NCBI RefSeq assembly: GCF_964355755.1
Contig: NC_092680.1
Span: 10,416,001-10,480,000, forward strand
Source: Antedon mediterranea
Taxonomy: Eukaryota; Animalia; Echinodermata
Direction of reading: 5' to 3'
Length of the DNA stretch: 64,000 nucleotides
The stretch's first letter is position 1, and each line of letters begins with the position of its first letter. Under the pieces are notes generated by a model. The model was not told the origin of the DNA, did not search any database, and saw nothing but the letters and a program-made list of their open reading frames with translations. This document shows positions 22,472-36,038 of this stretch, piece by piece. The position numbers and the translations under genes were made by a program.

Positions 22472-24319
22472 GTGTACAGCCAAATCAAAACCAGGCATTT
22501 GTCGTAAATGTGACATTTTGAGTTTTCAAGATATTTGTACAGAGCACATAATTTGCTTTAAAATACTGAAAAAATTATTCAATTTGGTCAAGTATTTTTA
22601 GAGTTATGATACAATAAGTAAAGAAATACAAGTAAGAATTCATTTTTATTTAGCAGTGAAAAATGCATTCAAAGATAAACAATAGTTCAAACAGGAAGTT
22701 TAAATGTGCTGGCAGACAGCGACTCATGTTCACCTTGACAACGCTAACTTCTAGTATACCTATGGCTTTGAAATTTAGCACAAATGTAACTAATACATTG
22801 TTCTATAATCATTGAAATTTTCAAAGAAATCCATTAACATTAACATTGTCAAATGAGACTTCAAATAACAACATACGTTAGTAAACTTTTTTTACTAAAC
22901 TTATGTTATGTGTGAGGCTTGTAATAACTATAAATAAGTACTGTACTATTAATATTAATAAAGTGACAATAAAAATACAACACATAGAAATGAACCAAAA
23001 TTAATGATACACAGACAGTTGATTGTGTTTGATGTGTTTAAATTTATTTACAATTGGTACACTTTAAATTATAACATTTTGGTCATTTCAGGCTGCGTGT
23101 TACAACAACAGTATTATCATCTTTTGTGCCGGGTCATTTAAATACATACATATTTTTCGATACAATTATTTCACGGTTTTATTCAGGGTTACGTTGCATA
23201 ATAGAATACATGTGTCATGTATCATCAGAATCAAAGTCATTTTTGTAAAGTTATATTAAGCAGCGTATCACCACCATTATTGGAGTTCTTTGAGAAGAGA
23301 AAGTAGGCCTAGCAACAGCATCACCACCACTGTCAAAACTATTGGTATATACATTACAGTATTACCAATCAAGATCTGAAAACAGAATGAAAAATTAAAT
23401 TAAACTTTTTTAAACACATTTAAAAATCATTTTTTTTGGGGTAGGCCTAGACCAAGGTAGGCTAGGTGGTTTTACTAGGCTAACTTGAAGTACTAAGCTG
23501 GCATACAGTTCATCTCTTATCTTATGCCTAGGCTAGGCCTAATATTTTGATCAAAAGTGTTTCTGTGTTCACCAAACTGAGTGTGTCGCGCTAGAAAGTC
23601 ATTTCGTACTTTCTAACCTCTTGTTGTTTATGATTCGCTAGTGAAGCCAATATTTCTACTTTTCATATTATATAAATCATTAAACTATTCTATGTTGTTT
23701 TATTATTATCTAGGATGCATAAATAGCAAGTATGAATTAATATTGAATGTTTTTTACAGTAAGAAAGTTTTGTTAAAACCTTACCGCTTCCTCAGTGTAC
23801 TTTGAATAGCTGTTAAAGGCAAATATAACGCTTCAATGACTTGAGCCACTCTGTTAGCCAATCAAATTGCCTGTTTCAGGATTCCGTAGCAACAAGACTG
23901 GTTTGCTTTTACCAAAAGGTTATTAAAGAATGTGTTTGATTGGCTATACGATTATTTTACATGACCTACAACCTTTATCTTTGGAAAGATTTTTTCACAA
24001 GCTTTCTAAAAATACCACACATTAAGGGGTCTTCTCATAATCAAAGAGGTAAAAGTTGGTTAGAAATAGACACAAATTACAGAATAGAACTTGATTTTTT
24101 CACCAAAGACGAAAAAGGGGGTCTCATTAAAATGTTATTTTCATTGATTTATACTTATAATTTCTTTAAAATACATAGATTTTTGGAATCTACGGTAAAT
24201 TTTCTGTAAGATTATTTAAAAAACTAAAAATGGTCAAGATATAGGTTTTACACATTCAGAAGCATTTTACAGAAATCCCTTGCTGCCGACAAACGCCTGG
24301 TTTTGGTTTGGCGGTACAC
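22472..24319. mobile_element. Nested non-autonomous TIR element (possibly Sola1-like, AATT target)
   Basis: About 33-bp imperfect TIRs GTGTACAGCCAAATCAAAACCAGGCATTTGTCG (22472-22504) and CGACAAACGCCTGGTTTTGGTTTGGCGGTACAC (24287-24319), flanked by AATT on both sides. The superfamily is uncertain. Confidence 0.78.
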
Positions 24320-24424
24320 AATTAATAAGGGCAACATATAATATATAGGAAAGCTGTTTTAAATGATAAAACTCTACAAAGCCTCTTTGTTTTATTTATA
24401 AATCAATATAGTCTAGGCCTAGTA

Positions 24425-25152
24425 ATAACAATCTGTTCTTGAATGTATCTAAGACTAAAGAAATGGTTGTTGATTTCCGTAAATCACTTAATGTCAAATA
24501 TCCAATATTTATTAATGGTATATCAGTTGAGTTTGTAGAAGAATTTAAATTCTTGGGTATTTATATTTCAAATGATCTGAAGTGGCATATTAACACACGT
24601 AACATTATTAGAAAGGCCCAAAGAAGAATCTACTTCCTACGTAGACTTAAATCATTTGGTATAAACTCTGTAATAATGTCGTCCTTCTATAGGTCAGTTA
24701 TAGAGAGTGTAATAACGTATTCTTTAACGGTATGGTTCGGTAGCGCTACCGAAAATGAAAAGCGTGACCTAAATAGAATAGTCAAGACCGCATCGCGTAT
24801 AATTGGATCTACACAACTGCCTTTGGAGAACATATTTTCGGATCGTCTTCTGAAAAAGGCAGTGGCTATCAAAGATGATCATTTTCATCCGGCCTCTAGT
24901 ATGTTCCAGTTGATGCGCAGCGGTCGGCGATTTCGTTCTATTAAGGCCAATAAGGCACGATTTACAAATAGTTTCTTTCCAGGATCTATTAGAGCCTTAA
25001 ATATGATGTAGACTTTTTTTTGTAATGTTCTTGTTTTTTGAGTTCGTGTTGTGTCCGTTGGATATTGTGCTCCGCCAACAGAGCAAACAGAATTTCTATG
25101 TTTTTCCTAAAACAAATGATAATAAATGATACTTGACTTGACTTGACTTGAC
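24425..25152 (+). mobile_element. 5'-truncated Rex1/Babar-like LINE (RT C-terminus plus 3' tail)
   Basis: ORF 24439-25011: NVSKTKEMVVDFRK, FLGIYISNDLKW, KAQRRIYFLRRL, SGRRFRSI...NSFFP. Followed by AATAAA and an (ACTTG)4 tail at about 25131-25152. Confidence 0.85.
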
Positions 25153-28100
25153 AGTAGGAGAGCCAGGCTTTAGCCGATAATAGTGGGGTAGTGCGTGCAT
25201 TATTGGCGCGTGTTCATTGTCAGGCGCGCGTTGTTTATAGGCCTAAGAAAATAAGAATAAATATACACATATAATTAAATAATGATTATTATTAATTGAA
25301 TGTTTTGTGTTTTTTTTACAGACCCCAGAGGATTGTTCTACATACTTCAATACAAATAGCATTAAATCAACAACAATTTCTTATGAGTCATATTAATTTA
25401 CCTCTGGCATATAATGTGAAAAAGCACTATTAATACTGTAATTATTGATATTTATAGATGTATTGCCAAAGAGACATTTATTTTTTAAAAACTTTAACTT
25501 ATCCTAATTTACTTATTTAAAGGTTCAAATGGCGGTTGGTTGTTGTGCAGTAGTTTAATAAAGTTTAAATGTACATTTCAAATCGGCAAATAAATAATGA
25601 TAATAGGCCTACTACAGTAATAGTAAATCTTTTGAAGATTAGGCTTAGTACAAAAAATGTTAGCTAAGTTCATGTAGAAAACTTGTTGTCTGATTTTTAA
25701 GGTGCAATTTGTGATAATATTAAAAGTTAAAATGTTAATTGGTGTGTATTTGTATTTCATTTATTGCTCCATTATTATAATAAAATAAAAAGCAGGGAAC
25801 CGTGAAATTTCATTTTAGCTCCGATAAAAAGTAAACATTTTCAGCATATACTTAAATCAATCATATGTTAGTGAAAGGTGACATTAACAGATTTATTATG
25901 AGATTACTAGTAAGCCTATTCATAAAAATATGACATTATATACTGTGTACATTAATTAATTAGCCTAGGCCTAACTAATTGACTGATTTTTCAGTATTTT
26001 ACCAAGTCAGCCGTTCAAGCATGCAAACAGTCCCCACTTCACACTAATCTTCATAATTATAAGAAAAATGAAAGTTGAGCACTTTATTTTAAAATTTATA
26101 TGCCCATATTATAAGATTCTGCATCATCCACTTAACAAGAACTAAAATTGAGAGCACAGTGATGGAGCGCATTTTCCGTCGTTCTCGTCGCCTAAGGAAA
26201 CGAGTATTCCAGCCTTGCCGCGTCTTCCTAGGCCTACGCGCACCGCACTTTCGCTCAAAATACACTATCTTCAACTCCTTATAGAATTTGTTTGAAAAAT
26301 AACCCCAAGCTTATATTTGGAAATCTTTGAAAATGCATATAAGACTATGTTATAGCATTTTCAGAATTTCATTTAAAAATTGCAAATTAATGTTAGCTAT
26401 TTTAACAAATTAGTTAGTTTTCACTTTTTTGTTTTCGCCGTATGACTCGCTTTGTTTACGTTTACACTTGGCTTAGACGTTTATCTTAGAATTCAAATAA
26501 ATTAATCCATAATCAACTAAAATTGCTATTGTTGTGGTTTTTGTTTAATATAAATGTTCTTTATTAAAAGAAATAAATCAAACAACAATATAATTTAATA
26601 TAAACCCGTTAAAAAGGAAATTTAGACAGCCTATAAAACACGGACTTCAGAACTCGCGTCGCTCGAAATGCTCGTTAACTTTCTATTTATAGCCAATCGA
26701 AAAAGGCTCCGGCTAACTTAAACAATGAAAACGGCTCTCGGAACACTTAATGTCCCATTTTCGCTGTTTGACGTGGATGTGAACTACCTGCTATGTCTCT
26801 ATAAGATGATGTTAACACAATATATTTGCATAAATGCCAATATTATAGGATAATTATTGAATTTTAAAAAGTGAAAATTTTAGACATTTTTCGAAACAAA
26901 ATTCTATGGTCCCCCGCAGGGAAATTTTCGAAAAATGGCCAAATTTTGATCCTTTTATTTTGTGACATAACTAGTTACTATGGCTCTATAAGATGATGTT
27001 AGCACAATATATGTCCATAAATGGCAATATTATAGCATACTTTTTTAATTTTAAACAATGGAAATTTTGAAAATTTTTCGAAAAAAAATCCTATGGTCCC
27101 CCGCAGGGACATTTTTCGAAAAATAGCCAAATTTCAACCCTTTTATTTTTTGATATAACTAGTATGGCCCTATAAGATGATGTTAACACAATATATGTGC
27201 ATAAATGGCAATATTATTGCCTAATTATAGAATTCTAAAAATTGGAAATTTTGGCCATTGTTCCAAAAAAAATCCTATGGTCCCTCGGAAGGAAATTTTC
27301 GCAAAAACGGCGAAATTTCAAACCTTTTATTTTTGACATAACTAGTTACTATGGCTCTATAAGATTATGTTAACACAATATATGTGCATAAATGGCAATA
27401 TTATAGCATAATTATTTAATTTAAAAAAGTGGAACATTTTTGTCCTTTTTCGACCCTGTATTTTTTGACATAAGTAGTTGCTATGTCTCTTTAAGATGAT
27501 GTTAGCACAATATGTGCATAAATGGATATATTATAGCCTAATTATTGAATTTTAAATGGTAGACATTTGGGTTACTTTTCGAAAAAATTCCTGTCGTCCC
27601 CTGAAGGGAAATTTTTCGGAAAATGGCGAAATTTCAAACCTTATATTTTTGACATAACTAGTTACTATGGCTCTATAAGATGATATTAACACAACATATG
27701 TGCATAAATGGCAATATTATAGTCTAATTATTGAATTTTGAAAGGTGGAAATTTTCGCCATTTTTCGAAAAAAATCGTATGGTCCCCCGCAGGGAAATTT
27801 TCGAAAAATGGCTAAATTTAGACCCTTTTATTTTTTGACATAACTAGTTACTATGGCTCTATAAGATGATGTTAGCACAATATATGTGCATAAATGGCAA
27901 TATTATAGCTTTTTTTTTTAATTTTAAAAAGTTGAAATTTTGGCCATTTTTCGATAAAAAATACCTATGGTCCCCCGCAGGAAAATTTTCGAAAAGTGGC
28001 AACATTTCGATCCTTTTATTTTTTGACATAACTAGTTACTATGGCTCTATAAGATGATGTTAACACAATATATGTGCATAAATGGATATATTATAGCCTA

Positions 28101-31084
28101 TTTATTGAATTTTAAATGGTAGACATTTTGGTTACTTTTCGAAAAAATTCCTGTAGTCCCCTCATGGGAAATTTTTCGGAAAATGGCCATTTTTTGACCC
28201 TTTTATTTTTTGACATAACTAGTTACTATATCTCTATAAGATGATGTTAACACAATATATGTACATAAATGGCAATATTATAGCATAATTATAGAATGTT
28301 TAAAAACGAAAATTTTGGTCATTTTTTTGAAAAAATTTATGTGGTCCCACAGAGGGAAATTTTCGAAAATTGGCAAAATTTCGACCCTTTTATTTTTTGA
28401 CATAACTAGTTACGATGGCTCTATAAGATGATGTTAACACAATATATGACCATAAATGGCAATATTATAGCATAATTATTTAATTTTAAAAAGTGGAAAA
28501 TTGTCGCCATTTTCGACGCTTTTATATTTTGACATAAGTAGGTTCTATGGCTCTATAAGATGATGTTAGCACAATATATGTGCATAAATGGCAATAATAT
28601 AGCATAATTTTCGAATTTTAAAAAGTGGAAATTGTAATCATTTTTCGAAAAAATTCCTATGGTTCCCCCTCCTCCCCCCCCCCAGGGAAATTTTCGCAAA
28701 AATGGCCAAATTTTAAGCCTTTTATTTTTTTACATAACTAGTTAATATGGCTCTATAAGATGATGTTAACATAATATATTTGCATAAATGCCAATATTAT
28801 AGCATAATTATTGCATTTTAAAAAGTGGAAATTTTATAAATTTTTCGAAAAAATTTCTATGGTTCCCAGCAGGGAAATTTTCGCAAAAATGGCCAAATTT
28901 CAACCCTTTTAATTTTTGACATAACTAGTTAATATGGCTCTATAAGATGATGTTAACACAATATATGTCCATAAATGACAAAATTATAGCATAATTATTT
29001 AATTTTAAAAAGTGTAAAATTTTTGCCATTTTCGACCCTTTGATATTTTGACATAAGTAGTTTCTATGGCTCTGTAAGATGATATCAGCACAATATGTGC
29101 ATAAATGACAATATTATAGCATAATTTTTGAATTTAAAAAAGTGGAAATTTTAGTCATTTTTCGAAAAAATTCCTATGGTCCCCCCAGGGAAATTTTCGC
29201 AAAAATGGCAAAATTTTAACCCTTTTATTTTTTGACATAACTAGTTACTATGGCTCTATAAGATGATGTTAGCACAATATAATTATTTGCAAAAATGGCA
29301 ATATTATAGCACAATTATTGAATTTTAAAAAGTGGGAATTTTGGCCATTTTTCGACCCTTTTATTTGTTTGACATAACTAGCTGCTATGTCTCTATAAGA
29401 TGATGTTAACACAATATATTTGCATAAATGACAATATTATAGCATAATTATTGAATTTTAAAAAGTGGAAATTTTGGTCATTTTTTTGAAAAAATTCATG
29501 TGGTCCCACAGAGGGAAATTTTCGAAAATTGGCAAAATTTCGACCTTTTTATTTTTTGACATAACTAGTTACGATGGCTCTATAAGATGATGTTAACACA
29601 ATATATGACCATAAATGGCAATATTATAGCATAATTATTTAATTTTAAAAAGTGGAAAATTGTCGCCATTTTCGACGCTTTTATATTTTGACATAAGTAG
29701 GTTCTATGGCTCTATAAGATGATGTTAGCACAATATATGTGCATAAATGGCAATAATATAGCATAATTTTCGAATTTTAAAAAGTGGAAATTGTAATCAT
29801 TTTTCGAAAAAATTCCTATGGTTCCCCCTCCTCCCCACCCCCCAGGGAAATTTTCGCAAAAATGGCCAAATTTTAAGCCTTTTATTTTTTTACATAACTA
29901 GTTAATATGGCTCTATAAGATGATGTTAACATAATATATTTGCATAAATGCCAATATTATAGCATAATTATTGCATTTTAAAAAGTGGAAATTTTATAAA
30001 TTTTTCGAAAAAATTCCTATGGTTCCCAGCAGGGAAATTTTCGCAAAAATGGCCAAATTTCAACCCTTTTATTTTTTGACATAACTAGTTAATATGGCTC
30101 TATAAGATGATGTTAACACAATATATGTCCATAAATGACAAAATTATAGCATAATTATTTAATTTTAAAAAGTGTAAAATTTTTGCCATTTTCGACCCTT
30201 TGATATTTTGACATAAGTAGTTGCTATGGCTCTGTAAAATGATGTCAGCACAATATGTGCATAAATGACAATATTATAGCATAATTTTTGAATTTAAAAA
30301 AGTGGAAATTTTAGTAATTTTTCGAAAAAATTCCTATGGTCCCCCCAGGGAAATTTTCGCAAAAATGGCCAAATTTTAACCCTTTTATTTTTTGACATAA
30401 CTAGTTACTATGGCTCTATAAGATGATGTTAGCACAATATAATTATTTGCAAAAATGGCAATATTATAGCATAATTATTGAATTTTAAAAAGTGGGATTT
30501 TTGGCCATTTTTCGACCCTTTTATTTGTTTGACATAACTAGCTGCTATGTCTCTATAAGATGATGTTAACACAATATATTTGCATAAATGACAATATTAT
30601 AGCATAATTATTGAATTTTAAAAAGTGGAAATTTTGGCCATTTTTCGAAAAAATTCCTATGGTCCCCGGGGAGCAGGGAAATTTTCAAAAAATGGCCACA
30701 TTTTGATCCTTTTATTTTGTGACATAACTAGTTACTATGGCTCTATAAGATAATGTTAGCACAATATATTTGCATAAATGGCAATATTATAGCATAATTT
30801 TTGAATTTTAAACTATGGAAATTTTGACCATTTTTCGAAAAAAAATCCTATGGTCCCCCGCAGGGAAATTGTTCGAAAAATGGCCAAATTTCGACCCTTT
30901 TATTTCTTGACATAACTAGTTACTATGGCTGTATAAGATGATGTTAACACAATATATGCGCATAAATGGCAATATTATAGACTAATTATAGAATTTTGAA
31001 AATTGGAAATTTTTGCCATTTATCGAAAGAATTTCTATGGTCCCCCGCAGGGAAATTTTCGCCAAAATGGCCAAACTTCAAACC

Positions 31085-31255
31085 TTTTATTAGTCGCGTG
31101 GACGCGACTCTACAGTTCACTATGTCGGTCGGTCCGGTATCACTTTGCGTTTTATCGCTTTTCTGTACTTTTTGAACTGTTTTGATGTACAGAAAAGTTT
31201 TAAAGTTCATTTATTTCTGAGAGCACGCAACTTATTGTTGTTGGCCTTGTTTTTT
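31085..31255 (+). mobile_element. HINE-like element copy
   Basis: Same structure and same flanks as 20214-20420, with a shorter microsatellite. Confidence 0.75.
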
Positions 31256-31430
31256 GACATAACGAGTTACTGTGGCTGTATAAGATGATGTTAACACAAT
31301 ATATGTGCATAAATGTCAATATTATAGGCTAATTATAGAATTTAAAAAGGTGGAAATTGTGGTCGTTTTCGAAAAAGATCGTATGGTCCCCCGCAGGGAA
31401 ATTTTCGCCAAAATGGCCAAACTTCAAACC

Positions 31431-31601
31431 TTTTATTAGTCGCGTGGACGCGACTCTACAGTTCACTATGTCGGTCGGTCCGGTATCACTTTGCGTTTTA
31501 TCGCTTTACTGTACTTTTTGAACTGTTTTGATGTACAGAAAAGTTTTAAAGTTCATTTATTTCAGAGAGCACGCAACTTATTGTTGTTGGCCTTGTTTTT
31601 T
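31431..31601 (+). mobile_element. HINE-like element copy (346-bp tandem duplication of the previous unit)
   Basis: Near-identical to 31085-31255 including the upstream flank. Confidence 0.75.
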
Positions 31602-31907
31602 GACATAACGAGTTTCTGTGGCTGTATAAGATGATGTTAACACAATATATGTGCATAAATGGCAATATTATAGCCTAATTATAGAATTTAAAAAGGTGGA
31701 AATTGTGGTCGTTTTCGAAAAAAATCGTATGGTCCCCCGCAGGGAAATTGTCGCAAAAATGGCGAAATTTTTTATTTTTTGACATAACTAGTTACTATGG
31801 CTCTATAAGTTGATGTTTACACAACATATGTGCATAAATGGCAATATTATATTCTAATTATTGAATTTTAAAAGGTGAAAATTTTTGTTATTTTGCGAAA
31901 AAATTCC

Positions 31908-34900
31908 TCTCTCCTATCTCTCTGTCGCTGATCTATCTGTCTGTCACTGATCTATCTGTCTCTCGCTGATCTATCTGACTCTCGCTGATCTATCTGTCTC
32001 TCGCTGATCTATCTGTCTCTCGCTGATCTATCTTTCTCTCGCTGATCTATCTGTCTCTCACTGATCTATCTGTCTCTCGCTGATCTATCTGTCTCTCGCT
32101 GATCTATCTGTCTCACGCTGATTTATCTGTCTCTCGCTGATCTATCTGTCTGTCACTGATCTATCTGTCTCTCGCTGATCTATCTGTCTCTCGTTAATCT
32201 ATCTGTCTCTCGCTAATCTATCTGTCTCTCGCTGATCTATCTGTCTCTCGCTGATCTATCTGTCTGTCGCTCATCTATCTGTCTCTCGCTGATCTATCTG
32301 TCTCTCGCTGATCTATCTGTCTGTCGCTGATCTATCTCTCTCTCTCGCTGATCTATCTGTCTCTCGCTGATCTATCTGTCTCTCGCTGATCTATCTGTCT
32401 GTCGCTGATCTATCTGTCTGTCGCTGATATATCTCTCTCTCGCTGATCTATCTGTCTGTCGCTGATCTATCTGTCTCTCGCTGATCTATCTGTCTGTCGC
32501 TGATCTATCTGTCTCTCGCTGATCTATCTGTCTGTCGCTGATCTATCTGTCTCACGCTGATCTATCTGTCTGTCGCTGATCTATCTGTCTCTCGCTGATC
32601 TCTCTCTCTCTCGCTGATCTATCTGTCTGTCGCTGATCTATCTGTCTGTCGCTGATCTATCTGTCTGTCGCTGATCTATCTGTCTGTCGCTGATCTATCT
32701 GTCTCTCGCTGATCTATCTGTCTGTCGCTGATCTATCTGTCTGCCGCTGATCTATCTGTCTGTCGCTGATCTATCTGTGTGTCGCTGATCTATCTGTCTG
32801 TCGCAGATCAATCTGTCTGTCGCTGATCTATCTCTCTCGCTGATCTATCTGTCTGTCGCTGATCTATCTGTCTGTCGCTGATCCATCTCTCTCTCGCTGA
32901 TCTACCTGTCTGTCGCTGATCTATCTCTCTGTCGCTGATCTATCTCTCTGTCGCTGATCTATCTCTCTGTCGCTGATCTATCTCTCTCTGTCGCTGATCT
33001 ATCTCTCTCTGTCGCTGATCTATCTCTCTCTCTCGCTGATCTACCTCTCTCTCTCTCTCGCTGATCTATCTCTCTCTCTCGCTGATATATATCTCTCTCT
33101 CTCGCTGATCTATCTCTCTCTCGCTGATCTATCCCTCTCTTGCTGATCTATCTCTCTCTCTCTCGCTGATCTATCTCTCTCTCTCGCTGATCTATCTCTC
33201 TCTCGCTGATCTATCTCTCTCTCGCTGATCTATCTCTCTCTCGCTGATCTATCTCTCTCTCTCGCTGATCTATCTCTCTCACGCTGATCTATCTCTCTCT
33301 CGCTGATCTATCTCTCTCTCGCTGATCTATCTCTCCCCCGCTGATCTATCTCTCTCTCGCTGATCTATCTCTCTCTCGCTGATCTATCTCTCTCTCGCTG
33401 ATCCATCTCTATCTCGCTGATATATCTCTCTCTCTCTGATCTATCTCTCTCTCGCTGAGCTATTTTATTTCTTTATTCTGATACAAAATCAATAGGATAA
33501 AAACACAAAAAGTACCGAGACGGCAAACTTATTTCCATTGTGGTCCTAAACAAATATAACAGAATAAACAAGGAAAACCACAATAACTTAAACATAATAC
33601 ACAAACAAATAGCAAATTAAATTTCTCTTAATCTAAGAATTTCACAAAAATAACTTTTTGATCTCTGTTTAAATAATTGTAATGAAGAGGAGCTTTGAAC
33701 AAAATAGGGGAGTGAATTCCATAACTGAATGCTTGTTATTAAGAAAGTTGACCTGTTGTGAGTTCCTATGACTGGAATTTGGATCGAAATGCTGTCTCTA
33801 GCAAATCTTGTATTGTGATTGTGACGTTGTCTCGTCAGGGTAATTGTATCCAGGTAAGTTGGAGCACTTTTGTTAATTATTTTATACATAATACATAGTT
33901 TCCTCACTTGTACTCTTAGGTCAACTGGCAACCAATTTAAGTTTACAAACTCATGTATACCTATATGATATCGTGGTCCTAGGTTCGAAATGCACCTAAT
34001 AATTTTGTTTTGAGACGTCTGTAGCCTATTTTTAATATATTTATTTGTACACGAGTACCATACACAGCACCCATAGTCATAATGACATTGTGTCAGAGAA
34101 GATGCAATTAATTTAAGAGCATATTTAGTAATATATTTTTTATTTCTATTAAGAAACTATCTCTCTCTCGCTGATCTATCTCTCTCTCGCTGATCTATCT
34201 CTGTCTCGCTGATCTATCTCTCTTTCTCGCTGATCTATCTGTGTCTCGCTGATCTATCTCTCTCTCGCTGATCTATCTGTGTCTCGCTGATCTATCTCTC
34301 TCTCGCTGATCTATCTGTGTCTCGCTGATCTATCTCTCTCTCGCTGATCTATCTCTCTCTGGCTGATCTATCTCTCTGTCGCTGATCTATCTCTCTCTCG
34401 CTGATCTATCTCTCTCTCGCTGATCTATCTCTCTCACTGATCTATCTCTCTCGCTGATCTATCTCTCTCTCGCTGATCTATCTCTCTCTCGCTGATCTAT
34501 CTCTCTCTCGCTGATCTATCTCTCTCTCTCGCTGATCTATCCCTCTCTCGCTGATCTATCTCTCTCTCTCGCTGATCTATCTATCTCTCGCTGATCTATC
34601 CCTCTCTCGCTGATCTATCTCTCTCTCTCTCTCTCTCTCTCGCTGATCTATCTCTCTCTCTCTCGCTGATCTATCTCTCTCTCGCTGATCTATCTCTATA
34701 TCGCTGATCTATCTCTCTCTCTCGCTGATCTATCTCTCTCTCGCTGATCTATCTCTCCCCCGCTGATCTATCTCTCCCCTGCTGATCTATCTCTCTCTCG
34801 CTGATCTATCTCTCTCTCGCTGATCTATCTCTCTCTCGCTGATCTATCTCTCTCTCGCTGATCTATCTCTCTCTCGCTGATCTTTCTCTCTCTCGCTGAT

Positions 34901-35488
34901 CTATCTCTCTCTCGCTGATCTATCTCTCTCTCGCTGATCTATCTCTGTCTCGCTGATCTATCTCTCTCTTTCGCTGATCTATCTGTTTCTCGCTGATCTA
35001 TCCCTCTCTCGCTGATCTATCGGTGTCTCGCTGATCTATCTCTCTCTCGCTGATCTATCTGTGTCTCGCTGATCTATCTCTCTCTCGCTGATCTATCTCT
35101 GTCTCGCTGATCTATCTCTCTGTCGCTGATCTATCTCTCTCTCGCTGATCTATCCCTCTCTCGCTGATCTATCCCTCTCTCGCTGATCCAACTATCTCTC
35201 TCGCTGATCTATCTATCTCTCTCTCGCTGATCTATCTCTCTCTCGCTGATCTATCTATCTCTCTCGCTGATCTATCTATCTCTCTCTCGCTGATCTATCT
35301 CTCTCACGCTGATCGATCTCTCTCTCGCTGATCTATCTATCTCTCTCTCTCGCTGATCTATCTCTCTCTCGCTGATCTATCTATCTCTCTCTCGCTGATC
35401 TATCTATCTCTCTCTCGCTGATCTATCTCTCTCTCGCTGATCTATCTCTCTCTCGCTGATCTATCTCTCTCTCTCTCTCTCTCTCGCT

Positions 35489-35541
<53 letters not shown>

Positions 35542-35991
35542 TCTATGTCTCTCTCGCTGATCTATCTCTCTCTCTCGCTGATCTATCTCTCTCTCGCTGA
35601 TCTATCTCTCTCACGCTGATCTATCTATCTCTCTCTCGCTGATCTATCTTTCTCTCGCTGATCTATCTCTCTCTCTCGCTGATCTATCTATCTATCTCTC
35701 TCTCTCTCTCTCGCTGATCTATCTCTCTCTCGCTGATCTGTCCCTCTCTCGCTGATCTATCTCTCTCTCTCGCTGATCTATCTATCTCTCGCTGATCTAT
35801 CCCTCTCTCGCTGATCTATCTCTCTCTCTCTCTCGCTGATCTATCTCTCTCTCGCTGATCTATCTCTCTCTCGCTGATCTATCTCTCTCTCGCTGATCTA
35901 TCTCTCTCTCGCTGATCTATCCTTCTCTCGCTGATCTATCTCTCTCTCTCGCTGATCTATCTATCTCTCGCTGATCTATCCCTCTCTCGCT

Positions 35992-36038
<47 letters not shown>

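Larger units (their letters stand above)
21912..26781. mobile_element. Non-autonomous CAC...GTG DNA transposon copy 2 with RSS-like asymmetric ends
   Basis: Interrupts satellite B (GACAT-AACT-[element]-AACT-ACCTGCTATG) with a 4-bp TSD AACT (21908-21911, 26782-26785). Left end CACACTC-12nt-ACAAAAAGT; right end (rc) CACATCC-21nt-ACATTAAGT. Confidence 0.9.
26782..31905. repeat. Satellite B, right block, with higher-order duplications
   Basis: Same monomer as the left block. Unique markers repeat 1159 bp apart (for example GGTTCCCCCTCCTCCCC at 28661 and 29820). Confidence 0.95.

Noticed and set aside
26089-26274. Small ORF with a hydrophobic stretch (MRSITVLSILVLVK...)
   Set aside because: Short, non-ATG start, no recognisable homology and no counterpart seen in copy 1.
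11765-31210. Short ORFs within satellites A and B (e.g. 11765-11947, 12113-12331, 18842-19081, 20141-20455, 27866-28057, 30986-31210)
   Set aside because: Translations of tandem-repeat monomers with no coding evidence.
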